A stretch of DNA of 50,108 nucleotides from Somniosus microcephalus (Eukaryota). Shown here in pieces: positions 41,427-50,108 of this stretch. Numbering within the stretch: the stretch's first letter is position 1; each line of letters opens with the position of its first letter. Both the position numbers and the translations under genes were made by a program. The notes under the pieces were generated by a model. It ran no database searches and was not told the DNA's origin. It saw only the letters and a list, made by a program, of their open reading frames with translations. Location of the stretch: the NCBI GenBank assembly GCA_052327205.1, contig JBMRGM010001163.1, positions 1-50,108 of the forward strand, in the 5' to 3' direction.

Positions 41427-42211
41427 TGGCTCACCAAGCACACGCATACCACATAGTTGACCCCAGCCCATGGCCGCTGACAGGAGCTGTCGCTGCTTTA
41501 CTAATAACATCAGGCTTAGCCGTCTGATTCCATTTTCACTCTGCTTACCTCCTTTATTTAGGTTTAATTCTCCTATCTCTAACCATAGTTCAATGATGAC
41601 GAGATGTTATCCGAGAAGGGACATTTCAAGGCCACCACACCCCACCAGTACAAAAAGGTTTCCGCTACGGAATGATTTTATTCATCACATCAGAAGTTTT
41701 CTTCTTCCTCGGCTTTTTCTGGGCCTTCTACCACTCAAGCCTTGCCCCCACACCAGAATTGGGTGGGTGTTGACCGCCAACAGGAATTTATCCATTAGAC
41801 CCCTTTGAAGTTCCACTTTTAAACACCGCAGTCCTTCTAGCATCTGGAGTCACAGTAACCTGGGCCCACCATAGCTTAATAGAAGGTAACCGAAAAGAAG
41901 CAATTCAAGCCCTAGCTTTAACCGTAGTACTGGGGTTTTATTTTACAGCCCTCCAGGCCATAGAATATTACGAAGCCCCATTCACCATCGCCGATGGTGT
42001 CTATGGATCAACATTTTTTGTTGCTACCGGCTTCCACGGCCTCCATGTTATTATTGGTTCAACATTTCTAATAGTTTGTCTATTACGACAAATCCAATAT
42101 CATTTTACATCAGAACATCATTTTGGCTTCGAAGCCGCTGCATGATACTGACATTTTGTAGATGTAGTATGATTATTCCTTTATGTTTCCATCTATTGAT
42201 GAGGCTCATAA
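41426..42211 (+). CDS. COX3: Cytochrome c oxidase subunit III, copy 3
   Basis: Copy 1 feature +33460. Confidence 0.96.
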
Positions 42212-42213
42212 TT

Positions 42214-42283
42214 ACTTTTCTAGTATAAATTAGTACAAGTGATTTCCAATTATTTAATCTTGGTTAAAATCCAAGGAGGAGTA
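42214..42283 (+). tRNA. trnG: tRNA-Gly, copy 3
   Basis: Copy 1 feature +33460. Confidence 0.92.
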
Positions 42284-42634
42284 ATGAACCTCATCATATC
42301 GTCTGTCGCAGCGACAGCCCTCATTTCCCTAATCCTTGTTTTCGTAGCATTTTGACTTCCTTCAATAAATCCAGATAACGAAAAATTATCCCCATATGAG
42401 TGTGGATTTGATCCATTAGGAAGTGCACGCCTCCCATTCTCACTGCGCTTCTTCCTTGTGGCGATTTTATTCCTACTATTTGACCTAGAAATTGCCCTCC
42501 TCCTACCCCTCCCATGAGGAGATCAACTACTAACCCCTCTCGCCTCATTATTGTGAGCAACAAGTATTATTATTTTATTAACCTTGGGTCTTATTTATGA
42601 ATGACTTCAAGGCGGTCTTGAATGAGCAGAGTAA
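42284..42634 (+). CDS. ND3: NADH dehydrogenase subunit 3, copy 3
   Basis: Copy 1 feature +33460 (Ser88). Confidence 0.96.
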
Positions 42635-42637
42635 ACA

Positions 42638-42707
42638 AGGTGTTTAGTCCAAAACAAGACCACTAATTTCGGCTTAGTAAATTATGGTGAAAATCCATAA
42701 ATACCTT
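42638..42707 (+). tRNA. trnR: tRNA-Arg, copy 3
   Basis: Copy 1 feature +33460. Confidence 0.92.
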
Positions 42708-43004
42708 ATGTCCCCTATCTATTTTAGTTTTAGCTCCGCATTTATCTTAGGCTTAATAGGCCTCGCATTCAACCGATCACACCTTTTATCCGCCTTACTC
42801 TGTTTAGAAGGAATAATACTATCCTTATTTATTGCCCTAGCCCTTTGATCAATAACACTAAACTCCACTTCATGCTCAATTACCCCAATAATCCTTTTAA
42901 CTTTTTCTGCTTGTGAAGCAGGCGCAGGCCTTGCCCTGCTAGTAGCAGCTACTCGAACCCACGGCTCAGACCGCCTTCAAAACTTAAATTTACTACAATG
43001 CTAA
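42708..43004 (+). CDS. ND4L: NADH dehydrogenase subunit 4L, copy 3
   Basis: Copy 1 feature +33460. Confidence 0.95.
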
Positions 43005-44378
43005 AAATCTTAATTCCAACAATTATATTATTTCTCATTACATGACTCTCATCAAAAAAATGATTATGACCTATTACAACTGCCCATAGTCTTTTAATCG
43101 CATTACTCAGTATACTGTGATTTAAATGAAATACGGATATTGGATGAGATTTCTCTAACCAATACCTAGGTATTGATCCTCTCTCAGCCCCTTTACTTAT
43201 CCTCACCTGCTGGCTCCTCCCATTAATGATTTTAGCAAGTCAAAACCACATTTCCACTGAACCTATTATTCGCCAACGAATTTATATTACACTACTAATC
43301 TCCCTACAAACTTTCCTCATCTTAGCATTTAGTGCAACAGAATTAATTATATTTTATATTATATTTGAAGCTACATTAATCCCAACCCTTATTATTATTA
43401 CCCGATGAGGAAATCAAACTGAACGCTTAAACGCAGGAACCTATTTTTTATTTTATACCCTAATCGGCTCATTACCCCTACTTATCGCCCTTTTACTTAT
43501 ACAAAATGACCTGGGCTCTCTATCTATAATTATTATTCAATATCCTGAACCACTTAGCCTATCCACATGAGCTGATAAGTTATGGTGAGTAGCCTGCCTT
43601 ATTGCCTTCCTAGTAAAAATACCTCTCTATGGAGTACATCTTTGACTACCCAAAGCCCACGTTGAAGCCCCTATTGCAGGATCAATAATTTTAGCTGCAG
43701 TACTACTTAAATTAGGGGGCTATGGGTTAATACGAATTATTGTTATACTTAATCCTTTAACCAAAGAAATAGCGTACCCATTCTTAATTCTAGCCATCTG
43801 AGGCGTAATCATAACCAGTTCGATTTGCCTCCGGCAAACCGACCTTAAATCCCTAATTGCTTATTCATCCGTAAGCCATATAGGTTTAGTTGCCGGAGCA
43901 ATCATAATCCAAACACCATGAAGCTTTGCAGGGGCAATTACATTAATAATCGCACACGGATTAATTTCATCAACCCTCTTCTGCCTAGCAAATACTAACT
44001 ACGAACGCACCCATAGCCGCACCCTTCTCCTCGCTCGAGGCATTCAAGTTATACTTCCACTTATGGCAACCTGATGATTTATTACTAACCTAGCTAACCT
44101 CGCTCTTCCGCCCACCCCTAATTTAATAGGAGAACTCCTTATCATTTCCTCACTATTTAACTGATCTAATTGAACTATCTTATTGACCGGACTGGGGGTT
44201 TTAATTACAGCCGCATATTCCCTATACATATTTTTAATAACTCAACGAGGCCTTGCATCACAACATTTACTATCCTTAAACCCATCACATACTCGAGAAC
44301 ACCTTCTCCTCAATCTCCATCTTATCCCTATATTATTATTAATCTTCAAACCAGAACTTATTTGGGGTTGAACCTTCT
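42998..44378 (+). CDS. ND4: NADH dehydrogenase subunit 4, copy 3
   Basis: Copy 1 feature +33460. Confidence 0.96.
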
Positions 44379-44447
44379 GTTATTATAGTTTAACAAAAAC
44401 ATTAGATTGTGATTCTAAAAACAAAAGTTAAAATCTTTTTAATAACC
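44379..44447 (+). tRNA. trnH: tRNA-His, copy 3
   Basis: Copy 1 feature +33460. Confidence 0.92.
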
Positions 44448-44514
44448 AAGAGGGGTCTGGGACACAAAGAACTGCTAATTCTTTTATTCATGGTTCAAAT
44501 CCATGGCTCACTTG
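44448..44514 (+). tRNA. trnS1: tRNA-Ser(AGY), copy 3
   Basis: Copy 1 feature +33460. Confidence 0.88.
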
Positions 44515-44586
44515 GCCCTTGAAAGATAATAGCTATCTATTGGTCTTAGGAACCAAAAACTCTTGGTGCAACTCCAAGCAAGAGCT
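44515..44586 (+). tRNA. trnL1: tRNA-Leu(CUN), copy 3
   Basis: Copy 1 feature +33460. Confidence 0.92.
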
Positions 44587-46419
44587 ATGAATATAACTAT
44601 CTTTAACTCAGCCTTCCTCCTTATCTTCATTATCCTGTTGTATCCCCTTATTTCATCACTATCTCCTAAAGAACTTAACCTCAACTGAGCATCTTCACAT
44701 GTTAAAACTGCTGTAAAAATTTCCTTCTTCGTTAGCCTTATACCATTATTTATTTACCTAGACCAGGGCCTAGAATCAATCACAACCAATTGAAACTGAA
44801 TTAATATTGGACCATTTGACATTAACATAAGTTTTAAATTTGATATATACTCAATTATCTTCACCCCGATTGCCCTATACGTAACCTGATCTATCCTCGA
44901 ATTTGCCCTCTGATATATGCACTCAGACCCAAACATCAACCGCTTCTTTAAATATTTACTCCTATTCCTAATTTCCATAATCATCTTAGTCACAGCCAAC
45001 AACATATTCCAATTATTCATTGGTTGGGAGGGAGTTGGAATCATATCTTTCCTCCTTATCGGTTGATGGTATAGTCGAACGGACGCAAATACTGCGGCCC
45101 TACAGGCCGTGATTTATAACCGCGTAGGGGACATCGGCCTTATCTTAAGTATAGCTTGATTAGCTATAAACCTAAACTCATGAGAAATCCAACAACTATT
45201 TATTCTTTCCAAAGAGAAAGACTTAACTTTACCTCTTCTTGGTTTAGTCCTAGCTGCAGCAGGAAAATCTGCACAGTTTGGACTCCACCCATGGCTGCCT
45301 GCAGCCATGGAAGGACCCACGCCAGTCTCTGCCCTACTCCACTCTAGTACTATAGTTGTTGCTGGTATCTTCCTATTAATTCGCCTCCACCCACTAATGC
45401 AAGATAACCAACTAATCTTAACAACATGCCTATGCTTAGGAGCCCTGACTACTCTATTTACTGCCGCATGCGCATTAACTCAAAATGATATTAAAAAAAT
45501 CATTGCCTTTTCAACATCAAGCCAACTCGGCTTAATAATAGTTACAATTGGACTAAATCAGCCCCAATTAGCGTTTCTTCATATTTGCACACACGCTTTC
45601 TTTAAAGCAATACTTTTCCTCTGTTCAGGCTCAATTATTCATAGTTTAAATGATGAACAAGATATTCGAAAGATAGGAGGATTACAAAAACTTCTACCAT
45701 TAACCTCATCATCCTTAACCATTGGCAGCCTCGCCCTTACAGGAATGCCCTTCCTATCAGGGTTTTTTTCAAAAGACGCAATCATTGAATCTTTAAACAC
45801 TTCCCATTTGAACGCCTGAGCCCTAATTTTAACTCTTATTGCAACTTCCTTCACCGCCATTTACAGCCTGCGCCTTGTCTTCTTTGCCTTAATAAAATAC
45901 CCACGATTTCCCCCCCTCTCCCCCATCAATGAAAATAATATTCTAGTTATTAACCCAATCAAACGACTCGCATACGGAAGTATCCTCGCTGGCTTAATCA
46001 TTACACTTAACCTCCCACCAACAAAAACCCAAATTATGACCATAACTCCATTACTAAAATTATCCGCCCTCCTAGTGACTATTATTGGCCTGCTAGTAGC
46101 GCTAGAACTAGCCAACCTAACCAGCACTCAACTCAAAACTACCCCGACCCTACTAACCCACCATTTCTCCAATATATTAGGATATTTTCCCCCAATTATT
46201 CACCGATTAATACCAAAGCTCAACTTAAAATGGGCTCAATACGTCTCAACACACCTTATTGACCTAACCTGAAACGAAAAAATTGGCCCAAAAAGCACTC
46301 TTATCCAACAAACACCTCTAATTAAATTATCTACGCAACCCCAACAAGGACTGATCAAAACCTACTTAATACTACTTTTCCTAACACTAACTTTAACCGT
46401 CTTAGTCATTACAGCCTAA
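44587..46419 (+). CDS. ND5: NADH dehydrogenase subunit 5, copy 3
   Basis: Copy 1 feature +33460. Confidence 0.96.
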
Positions 46420-46937
46420 ACCACACGTAAAGTACCATACGATAGACCCCGAGTTAATTCTAAAATCACAAATAACGTTAAAAGTAACACCCACCCCCCC
46501 AACACTAACATAATCCCCCCATTAGAGTACAATAAAGCTACACCACCAAAATCCCCTCGAACCATTTCTAAATTACTCATTTCCTCAACCCCCGTTCAAC
46601 CCAGTCCTCACCATTTAGTAAAAAAATACTGTCCTACAAAAAAAAGACCAAGTAAATAAACACTAATATATAATAATACAGATCAATCAGCCCACGTCTC
46701 AGGATATGGCTCAGCAGCAAGCGCTGCCGTATAAGCAAACACAACCAACATTCCCCCTAAATAAATCAAAAATAGTACTAAAGATAAAAAAGACCCACCA
46801 TGCCCAACTAATAAGCCACACCCAACCCCAGCAGCTATTACTAAACCAAGCGCTGCAAAATAAGGGGAAGGATTTGACGCCACTGCTATTAATCCAAGAA
46901 CAAGCCCTACTAATATTACAAATATAAAATAAACCAT
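46416..46937 (-). CDS. ND6: NADH dehydrogenase subunit 6, copy 3
   Basis: Copy 1 feature +33460. Confidence 0.95.
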
Positions 46938-47007
46938 TACTCTTACCTGGACTTTAACCAAGACCAATAACTTGAAAAACTATCGTTGTTTATTCAACTA
47001 TAAGAAT
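46938..47007 (-). tRNA. trnE: tRNA-Glu, copy 3
   Basis: Copy 1 feature +33460. Confidence 0.9.
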
Positions 47008-47011
47008 TATA

Positions 47012-48157
47012 ATGACCACTAACACCCGAAAAACCCACCCACTTATTAAAATTGTTAATGACGCTTTAATTGATCTACCCTCACCGTCTAACTTTTCAAT
47101 TTGATGAAACTTTGGATCACTCTTAGGACTTTGCCTAATTATTCAAATCCTTACAGGCCTATTCCTGGCCATACACTACACCGCAGACATTTCCACGGCC
47201 TTCTCCTCAGTAGCCCATATTTGCCGTGACGTAAATTACGGCTGATTAATTCGCAATATTCATGCCAACGGGGCCTCATTATTCTTTATCTGTATTTATT
47301 TACATATTGCCCGAGGACTTTATTATGGCTCTTACCTCTTCAAAGAGACATGAAATGTTGGGGTTATTCTATTATTTCTACTAATAGCAACAGCCTTCGT
47401 GGGTTATGTCCTGCCATGAGGACAAATATCTTTCTGAGGGGCCACAGTTATTACTAATCTTCTTTCCGCCTTCCCGTATGTTGGGGACACACTAGTCCAA
47501 TGAATTTGAGGAGGCTTCTCAATTGATAACGCCACCCTTACACGTTTCTTCGCATTCCATTTCATCCTCCCATTCCTAATCATTGGACTAACTCTCATTC
47601 ACCTATTATTTCTACACGAAACTGGCTCCAACAACCCAATAGGCCTTAATTCTGACATAGACAAGATTTCATTCCACCCCTACTTCTCATACAAAGATAT
47701 AGTTGGGTTCTTTATCATAATTACTCTACTAACCCTATTAGCCCTATTCTTACCTAACCTATTAGGCGATGCCGAAAACTTCATTCCTGCTAATCCACTT
47801 GTTACCCCGCCCCACATTAAACCTGAATGATATTTCCTATTTGCCTACGCCATCCTACGCTCTATCCCAAATAAACTTGGGGGGGTTCTAGCCCTCCTAT
47901 TCTCAATCTTTATTCTCATGTTGGTTCCAATGCTTCACACCTCAAAACAACGAAGCAATACCTTCCGACCCCCAGCCCAAATCCTTTTCTGACTACTAGT
48001 AGCCAACGCAATTATCCTAACATGAATTGGAGGACAGCCAGTTGAACAACCATTCATTATCATCGGCCAAATTGCCTCCGTTACCTACTTCTCATTATTC
48101 CTTATTATTATCCCATTAACCAGCTGGTATGAAAACAAAATGCTCAGCCTAAATTAA
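47012..48157 (+). CDS. CYTB: Cytochrome b, copy 3
   Basis: Copy 1 feature +33460. Confidence 0.97.
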
Positions 48158-48158
48158 T

Positions 48159-48231
48159 GTTTTGGTAGCTTAAATTTAAAAGCGTCGGCCTTGTAAGTCG
48201 AAGACCGGGGGTGAAATCCCTCCCCAAAGCA
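48159..48231 (+). tRNA. trnT: tRNA-Thr, copy 3
   Basis: Copy 1 feature +33460. Confidence 0.92.
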
Positions 48232-48233
48232 CA

Positions 48234-48302
48234 TCAGAGGAAAGAGAGTTAAACTCCTGCCCTTGGCTCCCAAAGCCAAGATTCTGCCTAAACTGCCCCC
48301 TG
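48234..48302 (-). tRNA. trnP: tRNA-Pro, copy 3
   Basis: Copy 1 feature +33460. Confidence 0.92.
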
Positions 48303-49377
48303 AATGTCTAAAGATCACGCAAAAAGCGTGATTTTTTTGAAGTAAGTCAGTTGCACATATTAATGATATAGCCCACATATCCTAATATGCCACATACAAC
48401 TTCACCTGATAATCAACATGTATGATTTACCCCATCTTCATCACATATACTATGTATAATACTCATTAACCTATAATCCTCACCTTCATTACATACTATG
48501 ATTAACCCACACTTCCTTAATAATCAACAAATTCATTTCATTAAAATTCATAACCCACATTAATCTATAATCAATATATCCATTTCATAATACCTTTAAC
48601 CCCTATTTTATGAAGATCAATTATTCAATTCGGGAAAACTAGAAACCCGCAATAATCCCTTGTAAGGTATATAGTGTACGGTTTGTGGTACATAATTGAT
48701 TAATCCCTAATAATAGATCAAATGCCGGCATTTGGCTACCTTAAGATACACACAGTTCTGTACGCGTCAGCCATCCAGACCGCTAGCTCCCTTTAATGGC
48801 ATTCTACTCTTAACCGTCTCAAGATTTATCAATCTCCCAGCTTTTTTTTTTCGGGATGAAGCAGTAACTATGCCCAAGGGCTGGGATAAAAACACTAATA
48901 CAAATCTGAACTCATCTAGACCTAAATTGAGATATTAAATAAATGAAATCCTCGGACTCTGGTCATTAAGTTGACCATATTGTCAAGTGGATTGAAGGTA
49001 TGAATTATGAAAGACACTATTTTATTTCGTGATTAGTGTTACTTCTGCTTAAGAAAGATACGTCATTAACCCTCAGAGATTTTGGTAATCGATAATTAAT
49101 TAATGGAGTTTCGCATACAATTCTTTGACACATACTTCACTATACGAGCATAGATATTAGACTTTTCACTATTTTTTGAGAGGTGCCCCTTGGGTTCCGA
49201 AGAGAAAGACGACTGATTGTTAACTAGTTTTTTTTGGAAAAACCCCCCCTCCCCCCTAATATGCATAATGACTTTTCTCGAAAAACCCCAAAAACGAGGG
49301 CCGAATGCACATTTTTACCTTTTTGCGTGTGGAAAATATCCGCTATACATTGTTGCACTTGTGTTGCACAATGTGAC
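48303..49377. promoter_or_regulatory. Control region / D-loop, copy 3
   Basis: Copy 1 feature +33460. Confidence 0.95.
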
Positions 49378-49446
49378 GCTAGTGTAGCTTAATTGAAAGT
49401 ATGGCACTGAAGATGCTAAGATGAAAAATAAAAATTTCCGCAGGCA
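49378..49446 (+). tRNA. trnF: tRNA-Phe, copy 3
   Basis: Copy 1 feature +33460. Confidence 0.92.
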
Positions 49447-50108
49447 TGTAAGGTTTGGTCCTAGCCTCAGTATTAATTGTAACTTGACTTATACATGCAA
49501 GTTTCAGCACCCCTGTGAGAATGCCCTAATCAACCTATTAATTGGTCAGGAGCTGGTATCAGGCACACACACGTAGCCCAAGACACCTTGCTAAGCCACA
49601 CCCCCATGGGACTTCAGCAGTAATAAACATTGATTCTATAAGCGCAAGCTTGAATCAGTTAGAGTTGACTGGGTTGGTAAAACTCGTGCCAGCCACCGCG
49701 GTTATACGAGTAACCCTTATTAATATTTTCCCGGCGTAAAGAGTGGTTTAAGAGAATCTTAAACAACTAAAGTTAAGACCTTATCAAGCCGTTATACGCT
49801 CCTATGAGTGGAATTATCAACAACGAAAGTGACTTTATAACATTAGAAATCTTGATGCCACGACAGTTGGGCCCCAAACTAGGATTAGATACCCTACTAT
49901 GCCCAACCACAAACTTAGACAATAACCTACCACATTGTCCGCCAGAGTACTACAAGCGCTAGCTTAAAACCCAAAGGACTTGGCGGTGCCCTAGACCCCC
50001 CTAGAGGAGCCTGTTCTATAACCGATAATCCCCGTTAAACCTCACCACTCCTTGCCAATACCGCCTATATACCGCCGTCGTCAGCTCACCCTGTGAAGGA
50101 TAAGAAGT
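49447..50108 (+). rRNA. rrnS: 12S rRNA, 5' part (truncated by the window end)
   Basis: Copy 1 feature +33460; the sequence stops at ...gaaggataagaagt. Confidence 0.95.

Overview
The window is not prokaryotic DNA. It is a complete vertebrate mitochondrial genome of exactly 16,730 bp repeated head-to-tail about 2.995 times (1-16730, 16731-33460, 33461-50108, the last copy 82 bp short), linearised inside the 12S rRNA gene. Each unit has the canonical vertebrate gene order: 13 OXPHOS genes, 22 tRNAs, 2 rRNAs, OL and a 1,075-bp control region. The ORF track is fragmented because it reads TGA as stop, whereas the vertebrate mitochondrial code reads it as Trp. The proteins look shark-like and probably squaliform; from memory the 16,730-bp length fits Somniosus (sleeper/Greenland sharks), which I could not verify. 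The trimer is most likely an over-circularisation artefact of a long-read assembly. I found one difference between copies (C>T at 25816, ND3 Ser88Leu), but did not compare the copies exhaustively. I see no credible previously undescribed biological system. The points worth checking are the concatemer, the variant, intact MOTS-c-like and SHLP6-like short ORFs, two unusual substitutions in CYTB and COX3, and several control-region and OL structures.
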